55,480 bases of DNA from Craspedostauros australis (taxonomy: Eukaryota), in assembly GCA_030167865.1 (NCBI GenBank), contig JALAGF010005425.1, forward strand, positions 1-55,480, in the 5' to 3' direction. Positions 11,059-21,590 of the stretch are shown here, piece after piece; the first letter of the stretch is position 1; each line of letters begins with the position of its first letter. The notes under the pieces were generated by a model that saw only the letters and a program-made list of their open reading frames with translations, did no database searches and was not told the DNA's origin. The position numbers and the translations under genes are program-made.

Positions 11059-13050
11059 ATGGCGAAGCACACCAACTTGAAGGCGGCCATCCATGCGTTT
11101 GGCGACAGCCACACGATGGGCAACGACAACCACAACGAGAACGTTGCACATGCGACTATTGGCAGCGGCATCGGTGACCGCGGGAACAGCAGAGAAAGCC
11201 ACAGCACAAACCACGCCAATACGAGAAGCAGAAGAATGGCTTCTCACAGACAGGATGGCTGGAATGAGAAGGGTTGCCACGACGACCACAATCTTCATCG
11301 TCGCCACCATCCGCAACATCGGACGAACAAGCATCAGCATCAGCCAAACACGATGACAAGCAAGTCTCCGCAAAGGCACAAAGCGCAGCACGAACGGTGG
11401 ACGGCACCCTTGTCGCCGCAAGCACAACACAATATGCGACGATCGCGCCAATCTCTGCAGCACCAGAGGCTGGTGAGCAGCCCCCGCGGGTTGGGCATGG
11501 CCAGCAAGCATGTCATCAAGGGCAGCTCCCGAACGCAACCCACAGTCGCGACGGAGGCGGAGGAGGAGTCTTTCACTGTCAATTCGGATTTTTCTCACCA
11601 AGGCGGAGACAGTCACATCAATGACAACTTCAACGACAACGATGATGTCACCACCGATGCCTGCCAGTGCTCCGATCACGTCGACACGCTCAGCGACGAC
11701 TGTCGTGCGGCAACAAACATCCGGAAGCAAAGTAGCTGCAACAACACGCACAATGGCGATTGCAGCAAGCAGCTCGGGTCCAACCAAGGAGACTTTGACG
11801 AGCCGCATGATCATCATCATGCTGCACGAAGTGCTACTCCCAGTATCAGGACTGGCGCAAGCATCACTGATGATGACGCGAGCAACCGCCATCTCGATCG
11901 CAGCCCGAAACGCGACGTCGCGCGCAGGAAGCGACGCGGTGCTGGCGACGTCAACGACAACGATTCCATCGAGAGTCATCGGGATTCCAGCCTTTCCTCT
12001 CACAGCTCGACCAACCTCCTGGAAGATGAGTTCGACGACGGCGTGCATGGTGCAGGCAACGATGCGCAGCGTAAATACCGCTTCAAAGATCGTCTGCATG
12101 GAACGGCTCCCATCGTGGGCAACGATATCCAAAACGGCAGCAACATTGGCAATGGCGATGGAAATCGCAACAACCGCAACAGCAACCGCAACAGCAACAA
12201 CTCTGCAAAGGCCAGAGCGAGGTCAACAGGGGGCAGGACACGACAGAAGCATCCCGACGTGTCAAGTAAAAACGGGTCGTTGTCACCTTCCGCCAACACG
12301 AGCAACAGGAGCGGCAGGAGTCGCACGAACGGGCCCTTGCACCGTCACCCTTCCACCACGACGCAACGGCCGCTCACGGAAGCCATCATCCGAGCATTCT
12401 TCGTGGACTATTACGAAGACTTCAGCAGCATCGCACCGTTGAAGATCCGGGAAAGCTGGATGGCATTCTTCGACAAGTACTACAGGCCGGACTACATCAT
12501 GGTGCGCCCATCCGGCAACATCATCTCCTTCCTGCAGCTCATCGATAACTTCATGAGCAAGGAGCTATCGCTGGATGAGATGCTCCTGATGAGCATCGAC
12601 AACATCCACATATTCTCGGGCGGCGCAGTGGCAACCGTGGTCTACACCGCCAGGCAACGATTTCGGTATCGAGGCACGCCGAATTGCGATCGGACGGTCT
12701 GCACTGCCGTCATGGAATGTATCGATGGCGAGCCCAAGATCGTGCAGGAGCATCGTGGCACGGGCCAGCCAATAGATCAAGTTGAGGATAACGGGGACGA
12801 GGAGGAGAAGCAGCAACCGGAGGTGGCAAAAGATGCGCGCGTGCCGGGAGCAAAGGCTGCTACTGAACCAACTGTGGTGGCGAACAAGCTGCCGGGTCGG
12901 TTCGCACCTCGAAACCCACTTGCACTGTCTCCGTCCGATACATCTCTGGGCCCCGCACCAAAACGGACGAACGATGTTCCACCGACGATGGTACGACAGC
13001 AGCGCGATGCAAGTGTCGTAGAAGCGAATGTTGCGATCACGCCGCAATAG
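11059..13050 (+). CDS. ~663-aa protein: His/Asn/Ser-rich disordered N-terminus plus DUF3804-like NTF2-fold domain (~12370..12775)
   Basis: MVRPSGN...LLMSIDNIHIF...ATVVYT...FRYRGTPNCD...KIVQEHRGTGQ matches the recalled DUF3804 pattern (IRPSGN...FTYKGTxNDD...RSxGQ) of marine picocyanobacterial proteins. Upstream exons cannot be excluded. Confidence 0.8.
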   Translation: MAKHTNLKAAIHAFGDSHTMGNDNHNENVAHATIGSGIGDRGNSRESHSTNHANTRSRRMASHRQDGWNEKGCHDDHNLHRRHHPQHRTNKHQHQPNTMTSKSPQRHKAQHERWTAPLSPQAQHNMRRSRQSLQHQRLVSSPRGLGMASKHVIKGSSRTQPTVATEAEEESFTVNSDFSHQGGDSHINDNFNDNDDVTTDACQCSDHVDTLSDDCRAATNIRKQSSCNNTHNGDCSKQLGSNQGDFDEPHDHHHAARSATPSIRTGASITDDDASNRHLDRSPKRDVARRKRRGAGDVNDNDSIESHRDSSLSSHSSTNLLEDEFDDGVHGAGNDAQRKYRFKDRLHGTAPIVGNDIQNGSNIGNGDGNRNNRNSNRNSNNSAKARARSTGGRTRQKHPDVSSKNGSLSPSANTSNRSGRSRTNGPLHRHPSTTTQRPLTEAIIRAFFVDYYEDFSSIAPLKIRESWMAFFDKYYRPDYIMVRPSGNIISFLQLIDNFMSKELSLDEMLLMSIDNIHIFSGGAVATVVYTARQRFRYRGTPNCDRTVCTAVMECIDGEPKIVQEHRGTGQPIDQVEDNGDEEEKQQPEVAKDARVPGAKAATEPTVVANKLPGRFAPRNPLALSPSDTSLGPAPKRTNDVPPTMVRQQRDASVVEANVAITPQ

Positions 13051-13547
13051 AGAAGCCCTCACTTGAACACTTTCTGACAGTTGTAGTTCGCTGTCTCTTG
13101 CGCGATGATCAGACGTGGTCACCTGTCCGCAATCGTCGACCACGTCGCCACACGAGCACGGTAGAGAAAGGAAATATTGATCCACCTCTCGAAGACTTTC
13201 ATAGCTCGTACCATATATGACCCACGCGCATATCCCCAAGCGCTCTCATTGCGTGCGTGCATGGGACTATTGAATGGAACAACATAGCGAAGCGCAGAGC
13301 TGAGCAGCATTCAGCACGAATGCCAACTGATACAGAGAATTTGGTATGTAGAGGAGCGTATATATGTAGAATACAAAGAGCACGGATGCTGAATTCACTG
13401 GAACGAATTATTCGTAAGCACTCTATTGTGTTGAAAGGAGCCGAGTGAGAGGTCGTAGATTGTTGTTGATACGGCAGCAGTGGTGCGACCGAAGAGGTTT
13501 GCACCTCGACAGTTGGGCACGGGGATTTTGTCCCTTTTGCTGGAGCT

Positions 13548-13555
13548 TCAGCAGT

Positions 13556-13593
<38 letters not shown>

Positions 13594-15287
13594 GTGTTGA
13601 AATAGGGGATGTTTGGATGTGGACGAGAGACTTCGGCATGGTGATTGAGGCCGAGGAACATGGGCGTCTGAGAGATGGCTGCGTGTGGCAATGGGAACAT
13701 GGTGTGACTATGTGTCAAGAACTGAGGCGGGACCTGTTCCATCACATGAATGCCCGCAACGGGAGGATGCTGCTGACGATACTGCAGCGATGGGCTCCCT
13801 TGACTCATCATCTGGCCGTACAGACTACTCGTAGGCGACAACAATGATGGAAGGTGATGTGTGCCTGGAATAGTGGAAGTGGCCGCGGCAGGTGGCAGCG
13901 CGACTCCAGGGAACGCGGAGAGCGAGTGGGTGGGGGATTGCAAGATATTCGACTGCGTCAGGAGTTGGATGCTGGCGTTGGGGCTGCTTGCAATGCTTGC
14001 GACGCCTTGAGTGCTAGGATGAGCAGAGTCCAATGCTTGCTGTCGAGCATGGAGTCGTCTCAGCGTCAGTGCCTTCGCTTCCAGAGCAGCTGCCTGGGCA
14101 CGATAGTCTTCTGCCAGTACCAGGAGCGATCGCACGTCTTCTGGATCATCTGGCTGTTCGGAGACTCTGATTTCTCGCTTCTGCTGTTGCTGCTGCAGCT
14201 GCTGTTTCTGCTGCTGTTTCTGCAGTTGTCTCTGTGCGAACTGCTCCAACTCCGCTTGCCGTTCCAAGGCGGGAAGTCGTGATGAGGATGGCATGGAAGA
14301 CAGATTGCTGACGTGCTTCACATCAACCATGCCTGCGCTCGCTGGCGAAGCAGATGCGGATGCCTGAATCGTGAGTCCAGTCTCAACGGTGCCGGTCATC
14401 TCGCGAGCGTCCTGCTTTCGTGGGACATGCTGCCCTTCTTGCTCCTGCTCTTGCTTTTGTCTAGTATCGGACCTGTCGTCAGTTTCGGTTGATAGTGCCT
14501 TCTTGGACTTCTTCGCCTTGGATAGATCTGCGTCTCTCTTGCGGATCTTTTTCCTTCCCTGGTCGATTCTCCCATCGCGGCGTTTGACAAAGGTGACGGA
14601 GCGTAGGCTCTGGCTTGTCTTGTCTCTGGCTGATTCGTCACCAACCTCGAAGAAGAGCTGGGCCTTCTCGTCGAAGCGCAGGAACTTGCCTCCTCGCTGT
14701 CGGATCATAGCGACGATCTTGCGTGTGACCATGGGCTTCGCGCGCACGCCCAGGGCTTCGTAGGCCATGCTGTGGCTCTTGACGATCTTGCGGAAGTACA
14801 CGTTGCCAGGGTGATGGTTGATACGTCCGCCGCGTCCAGAGAGCACATCCAGGGGGGTGCACTGTTCGCACCCTTCCGTCGATGGGGGGACCTCAGTCTT
14901 CTTCGTCTCCATGAGAAATTTGTCCAAAATGGCGGAACTTGATGCGATCAGAGGCTGTGTTGCTTCTGTTGTCGCTGCCTCTGCTGCTGCTCGAGGCGAT
15001 GCCGGAGGCTTGGATAGCTGCGCTTGGACACCAGGTGATCCACAGTCGCGGGTGGATGGAGAGCTCTTTCGCTTCTTTGGAGTTGACTCGTCTTCACCAT
15101 CGTATGTTGTCGTATCATCATCTGACAACTGCTGTTTGCCGTCGGCATCAGTCATCTGCCAGTCTGCCATGGCGACTGCTGAGCTTGCTCTGGAAGGCGT
15201 CTTCTCGTGTGCGATCTCCTTGTGCACGAGGCGATGGTGCACCGAAAGTCCTGTTTCGATGGCTTGGTTGGGGTACATCGCAATCAT
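13548..15287 (-). CDS. DUF6824-domain protein (putative diatom transcriptional regulator), 579 aa
   Basis: DVLSGRGGRINHHPGNVYFRKIV...Y...K...IV..IRQRGGKFL...EVGDESARDKTSQSLR at ~14600..14860 is the DUF6824 signature. Also an NLS-like PKKRK and a Gln/Ser/Pro-rich C-terminal region. The start codon is uncertain. Confidence 0.88.
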
Positions 15288-18008
15288 TCAGGCGTAGCTT
15301 TTGGAATGAACGGAGGATGGGAGATGACGAAGAGTATGGAAGAGTGGTGATGGGCAGAATCGACTTTATTGTGAGTACGGAGTAGAGCGGAGTAGAGTAG
15401 AGTAGAAGGAGGTTGGCTTGAGTTGGCTTGAGTTGTGACAGCTTTGAAAATTATGAATGTGGATGAAACGGGTGTAGCGTTCTCCCAAATTGAGGTAATC
15501 TTCTCGCGCATGCGACTACCTACTGATTCTCAACTTCCCCGGTTTGTTTTCACACGCTTCACTTGCTGCGGTGAGTTAGGCTTTTTCTCTCTGTGCCACT
15601 GACCAAACGAGTCCACGATCACCAAAAAAACTGGAGGAGAAACGCAGAAGTCGCAATCAACACAACGGCGTTTGATGGCGTGCCTTGGTCACCCCAGGGC
15701 GAAAGAAACAACAAAACGGACGGGAGACCTTCAGCCAACTTCGTGAAAGTCACCCAAAGCTGCATGACCATAAGTGAGTTGCTCTTCTCCGTCGCCGCCA
15801 ACAGAAACCCATACTTAGCGCATTTCGTAGCACGAATACCGCTCATTAATTGCCAGTCTTGGTGTTCGCATCCGACATGCCCTGGAGGCGAAGAATGGCG
15901 GAAAACACTGCACCACACATCGCCTTCCAGCGCACTTGGATAATTATCTCATTTCCCGCTGTTCACCCCGATGGCCACAGATCGAAGGCCATCTCCACAA
16001 CACCACCCCACCCCACACCAGACATCCCCTACCGATGGGCAACAGAAACAGCAGTGCTGATGATGAAATTCATATCGTCTCCGCGCACGATGACTGAGTG
16101 GCAAAACGAAAGAGATGAAACCAGACGCAAAACCGAAGGGGCTCCAGATGTTCACAGCGACTATTCGTCTCCTCTATTCTGCAACAACATGATATCGCGG
16201 CCGAATGGCCTCCTTGACTGAGGCATCTTCGTGTGAGGTGGGCTTGCGGAACAGAGTCATGATCTGGCCGTTGAGCAGTCCTCGTTAGAGTGGAACACAT
16301 GGTGTCGCGCATGGCATGGCATGGCATTTCACTCAAGATGATGAGAGTTCACTTGTATCCGCCTTGCGTGTCTGCCGAGACAAGATGACCGCAAGAGGAG
16401 GGTGTCCTCCGAGTCAGTTGGTGCGAAAGGAGCCCCTGTTGCTCTCTCTCTCTCTCATCATTGGTGGAGACGACGCCTGCAACTGTGATTCGGATGCTAC
16501 TCAATCACTGGAATTCATGTGACCTACTCTCCATGGCCATGTTCGTCCTCGCATGATGCTCCAAGGCCGGTAAAGCGCTGATGAGAATGGCGGAGTATTT
16601 GTCCGTGTGCACGGCATAGCACAGAAATGACATTGTAATAGAGCAATAGAGCAGAGTAGCGCGATGTATGTCAAAGTAGAGTAGTGTTCCGTTATAGCAA
16701 CGCCTCACGAATGTCGGCAGACACATCGATTGCAAAGCCCTCTTCATCATCCTCAATCTGTCCGCTCCGCCTACTCGTACGAGCCACGAGTATGGTAGAC
16801 GTGTTGCTTTGCTTCACGCGGTGCGCAAGCGCCCTTTGTCACTTTGCGATTCACAATGCATACTTGTACACTCTCCACCAGGGTCTCTGTGCAGTCACAA
16901 CAGGATAGGTGTCAGTGGACAGTCGATTTTGAGGGTAGCTCCAGCACCGTTTGCAGTCCACGCACAAGACACCGTCTTTCCTGTGCTCTGCATGCGATCG
17001 GGTGCGGATATTTTGGCGTGCAATAGTGATTCTCTCGGGAAGGAGACAGAGTAATTGTCGCCTTCATCTCTTGCCATCATCGTTGTTGCTGCTGTTCTTG
17101 TTCTCGACAATGCCCCGAATGACGCCATCCATCGAAAATTAGCACTGTTGTTGATTCAGTGCCAACAACAGCGCTTCGGGTACGAGTGTGACCTGCCATG
17201 AAAGATCAACACGTCGTTGGCATGCGCTGTGCGGACTTCGAGCCGAATAACAGCGCTCACACAGCGCAAGATGGGACCATGATCCACGAGCGGCTTGTAC
17301 AACTATGGGTAGCTCGCGGAGTAGTCACAGCATGCAGGGCGTTCTCGTCCCCGCCGATCTGCGGACTTGGCACAAGCATGTCTTCACACAAAAGGACAAA
17401 CAGCACAGATCTGGCACCAACGCTGCATCCGATGACTCGGTGGTTCTCTTCTCGCTGTCCGTTTCGTAGAAGTCGTGGTATCGGATGAAGCAAGTGCCCA
17501 GCGAGAGGCAACTCTTCGTTCATGCTTTGCGAGTGGGACTTGTGAAGCAGGAAAACAGCCAAGTGCGACTCAAGTTTTGCGGCAACAACTTCCCCCCTGG
17601 TACTTCGGAGCACGCTGTTCTTTCGAGCGCCGACTTTTGTCCCTGTCGTCATTAGTCCTGAGTGATCGTGATCGAGGCTATGAGGAATCCAGTCAAGGAC
17701 ATTCGTGAACAATACTCAAGGCCTAAAAATGTACTAACAGAACAACCCGTATCTCGGGATTAAGATGCTGTTGAATCACGGATTCGCAACAAGCAACTCC
17801 ATCCACCAACCACCATGGTGTTCGGCGTCGTCGCCTTCGTCTTTGCCCTTCGCCGGTGGCTGTTGGTGCTGTTGGTGCTGTTGGCAAAGAGGCACTGTTG
17901 TTGTGCACAAAGAAGCACAAAACAATCACCATAGGTACTCTGCCATCCAACAGCAATAGCAACAGCCATAGTTGCGATAACAAGACCAGTAGCAGCAGCA
18001 AACACAGC

Positions 18009-18941
18009 ATGTCAGCATCCATCGCGAAGCAGATACCGATCGTGTGTCCGGGACACACCAGACCGCTGGCGGAGCTCCAGTTCCTGCGGATCCAAGAGGA
18101 AGAGCGGACGTTCCTGGTCAGCGCCTGCCACGACCGCATGCCCATGATGCGGGATGGCCTGACGGGCAACTGGATCGGCACTTGGTCCGGCCACAAGGGC
18201 GCCGTGTGGAGCTGCCAGGTGGACCCGTCTGGGTCGTTGGCTGCCACGGCCAGCGGCGACTTCTCCGCGCGCGTCTGGGATGCCATCACGGGACAGTCGC
18301 TCGTGGAGCTGCCGCACAAGCACATCGTCAAGACGTGCGCCTTCTCTCCCAACTCGCAGCGGCTCGCCACCGGCGGCAAGGAGGGCCTGCTGCGCGTCTA
18401 CGTGCTCAAGTCGGTGCTCAACAAATCGACGGCGGCCGAGACACAGACCAAGCTGGCGGCCGCCATCACGAAGGTGTGCTGGATGGACGATGCGACGATC
18501 TTGGCGGGCATGGCGAATGGCCACATCGCGATGGTGGACGTCGCCTCCGGAAACCTGCAGCACACCTTCGTTGCCGTCGACGGCGCGGAGATTCGGGACA
18601 TGGAGGTCTCGAGGGATGGGAAGATCCTCAGCTCCGCGGCAGGCACCAAGGTCACCTTCTTCAACATCGAATCGAAGGTCATGCTGCATCAGTGGCCGAT
18701 GCCCATCCACTTTCGGGATGAAGGTGGCGTGACCCTCCATCCATCCGGCACCAAGTTCGTGGCCGGTGGGAGCGACCTTTGGGTGCGGGTGTTCAACTTG
18801 GCGACTGGGGAGGAGCTGGAATGCCACAAGGGTCATCACGGCCCCATCCGGTGCGTGCGGTACAGTCCGGACGGTTCGATATACGCGTCCGGGTCAGAGG
18901 ATGGCACCATCCGACTTTGGAAGACGGATCCATCGAACTGA
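18009..18941 (+). CDS. STRAP: Serine-threonine kinase receptor-associated protein (STRAP/unrip), WD40 repeat, 310 aa
   Basis: PIVCPGHTRP, LVSACHDRMPMMRDGLTGNWIGTWSGHKGAVWS, AATASGDFSARVWDA and GHHGPIRCVRYSPDG.YASGSEDGTIRLW are characteristic of STRAP. Strong GC3 codon bias starts at ATG 18009. Confidence 0.95.
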   Translation: MSASIAKQIPIVCPGHTRPLAELQFLRIQEEERTFLVSACHDRMPMMRDGLTGNWIGTWSGHKGAVWSCQVDPSGSLAATASGDFSARVWDAITGQSLVELPHKHIVKTCAFSPNSQRLATGGKEGLLRVYVLKSVLNKSTAAETQTKLAAAITKVCWMDDATILAGMANGHIAMVDVASGNLQHTFVAVDGAEIRDMEVSRDGKILSSAAGTKVTFFNIESKVMLHQWPMPIHFRDEGGVTLHPSGTKFVAGGSDLWVRVFNLATGEELECHKGHHGPIRCVRYSPDGSIYASGSEDGTIRLWKTDPSN

Positions 18942-19564
18942 ACTAAGCATGGCAGGCATTGAAGAAGTACTCCATTGGAGTAGTACGATACGAGAAATGG
19001 ATTTACCGTGGGTTCGTCAAGGATCCCGAAGGATGCATGGTAGAAGCGCCACTTCGCAGCCTTTCTTGCAGTGTTTCACGCATCATACGAATAGTCAAGG
19101 AGGCGATCCAGTGATCAATCAATCAATCATATCTTCCGACTGCACTCTCCATCTGTCTCTCTCTCTCTCACTTTTAGTATGTCATGTCGTGTGCCAGTGT
19201 GCATTGTCGAAGTACGACAATCAAAACTTCATTTGAGGAGATAAGAGCAGTGGCTGTATTTGCAGGGGTGGTTCTCGCTTGTGCTGAACTATGATACGAG
19301 CAATGGCCAAGTCCCATGCGCTCTGGGATGCCATCTCCTGCACCGAATTACTCTGCTCCACTCCAATCACATTTGACGATGTCACAGAGCAACAAGATTG
19401 GCAGAGTGCGTACCTCATGATAGAATACTGGTAAAGATCCACTAGGATACTACGAATATGTAGAGTTTATCATGGCCAACCTTGAACTCAAAGACGCTCG
19501 CACCTTTCTCTTCCACCCTCGTTTGTTCTGCTCGGCTGTGTTCCTTCCGATCACGCGATGTCGC

Positions 19565-21076
19565 TTAACCCTTGTATGGCTGCAAATACGAGCATGCAAC
19601 GCCGAAGAGAATGTTCATGACGGTGAAGGTGAGGCTTGACGAGTACCGCAGTCCCTTGGCCCATGATGGCATGAGGCCGTAGGTGAGGACGGCAGCGACA
19701 AACCAGGTGGTGAGACCGAGAAGGAAGGCGACCTTACGATGTCCTGTGCCGCCTCCGCCGCCGCCACCGAATCCCATGCCCATGCCACCGCCCTCTATCT
19801 CGTCGCGGTTCATGCCGCGGAAGGTGAGCTGCGCGATGCATACCAACCAGGTGAAGCGACCGAGGTAGGCGACGGAGGGCGGGATGAGCCAGCCCATGGC
19901 GGTGATGATACCCCACAAACGAATCTGTCCATTTCGGTGCTCCTCGTTGGGCTTGACAATGAGGCCTCTTGTCCATGCCGGTCCGTTCCATTCCACTTTC
20001 TTCTTGCTGAGCTCGGCGGCGGCATCGTCGTCGTCACTGTTGGTGCGGGTGTTGTTTTGTGATTGTTTTTGGATGGGTGGAGAGTGGATCATTTGATTGC
20101 AACATATGTGTCAAATGACGAATTCAGCACGCCCATTGCATTGAGAAGTTGGTGCCATAGTTTGTGATGATAGAGTCAACCCAATTCGGGCATGAGCAAA
20201 TGTGCCAATTACCAGAAGGATGAAAGGATGCGCGATGTGAAGTGAGAAATGATATTGCCCAACTCTGGTAATAGTCTGATTGATGTGGATACAAGTCCAT
20301 CATGACTAGAGTCATCGCTCCTGCAATCATCTTCGATCCACAGCATTCGCACTGATGTCGTCTTGTTGCCGATCGGCTGCAGCTTCATCATATTTCAATC
20401 TTCCGAGTCGGAGTGGAATGGTGGAATGGCCCAATGTTGCAACGCAATTCAATCATGCGGTGTTCGGTGTCCCCGTGCTGTGAGCTTGACAAACAGCTGC
20501 ACCACGCCCAAGTAGACACACCACAAATTCAACGACGGCAATAATACAAAACAATTGCAACGACAATTACAACGACAACGGCAAGGCCAACCAGACAAAG
20601 ATGACATACCCTTCCGTTTCAAATCTGGATTGCGCGCTGGCATCCTTCTCCATCTCGGCCAATCCCGCCTTGCGCTCATCCAGCTGGATCTGGAAGATCT
20701 TGTCCTTCGTGACCTCGATGAGCACCTTCTTCTTGAGATCGCCACCGGCCTTCGCTATGAGCGCATCGGTGGCCTCCACGATCTCTTCGTAGGTCGCATC
20801 CTCCGCGATGCCCAATTCGCGGTACAGCGTGGCGCGTTCCAATCGGAGCCTGCGCGCCTGCTTTTCCTGCTCCTTCTTCACGTTCCATGGCAGCTTCTTG
20901 AAGGGGTTGGGGACTGCCGCGGCGTTCAGGGCGGTGCTGGAAGCCGCCGATCGGAAGAGGCGCGACGATGGCACGGTGCTGGATGGGGTGAAGCCATTCA
21001 CGCTGACCGCTAGGATCACGCACAGTGTCACGGTCAGCTGGGGCAGCGACATTCTCGTTTGTGTGGTCGCCATCAT
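19565..21076 (-). CDS. Plastid-targeted CPP1-like (J-like domain + TM helices) protein; complement(join(19565..20036,20610..21076)), ~312 aa
   Basis: Signal peptide ending VNG-FTP. J-like helix pattern LYRELGIAEDATYEEI...IEVTKDKIFQIQLDERKAG lacks HPD and is followed by hydrophobic helices, as in CPP1/DUF3353 proteins. The phase-2 intron GG|GTATGT...AACAG|T (20037..20609) joins the two ORFs in frame. Confidence 0.78.
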
Positions 21077-21590
21077 TCTTCGCTTCAATACTCTTCAACT
21101 GATTACTGGTTGTTGTTAATGTTAATGTTGCTGTTGTTGTTGCTGTTGGTATATTGCTGGTATTGTGTTGGTCTCACAATCACTTTGCTCTGCTCAATCA
21201 TCAATGAAGGCAACCTCGTCTCCTTGTGTTGTCCCTGGTGATGATGTTGATGTTTGTGTCGTTCGTTGGCAACGGCAGCAACGTCCGTCGCCATCATCGA
21301 CAGCAACTTCGTTCGTTGGTCGTTGTTGAAGTGGAATGGTTGGATGCCACCTGGAAGCCCCACAAGCCCACACAAATCGACACTCAAACGAGCTCCTGTA
21401 TCTTTCAAATGCGAGGTCTTTCAATCCATCCGTTTTAGTCGTGCATGTATTCGTAGTCTAATCAATAGGTATAGACAACGTTTAGGCACAATTGAAGCGA
21501 CAGCTCGATGCATCGCAGAAGCATTGCACGTGCCACAGCCATTGTTGCAATACAAACTTCACAGCCTATAATATCATATTTACAGTGTCT

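Noticed and set aside
12370..12775. NTF2-like domains as iota-carbonic anhydrase
   Set aside because: They lack the C-terminal HHSS motif (EHRG/EHRS instead) and fit the DUF3804 pattern better.
13199..13639. Alternate-frame poly-Ala ORF at the end of the DUF6824 gene as a frameshifted C-terminus
   Set aside because: Explained by the (GCT)n microsatellite; the main frame ends normally and no splice or slippage signal is evident.
15300..17850. Short ORFs in the long intergenic regions (also 8800..11000, 31000..33200, 50000..51600)
   Set aside because: No codon bias, motifs or consistent splice structure; no tRNA or rRNA recognised.
17856..18008. N-terminal extension of STRAP given by the ORF track
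   Set aside because: It starts at a non-ATG codon and is AC-rich UTR-like sequence; homology begins just after ATG 18009.
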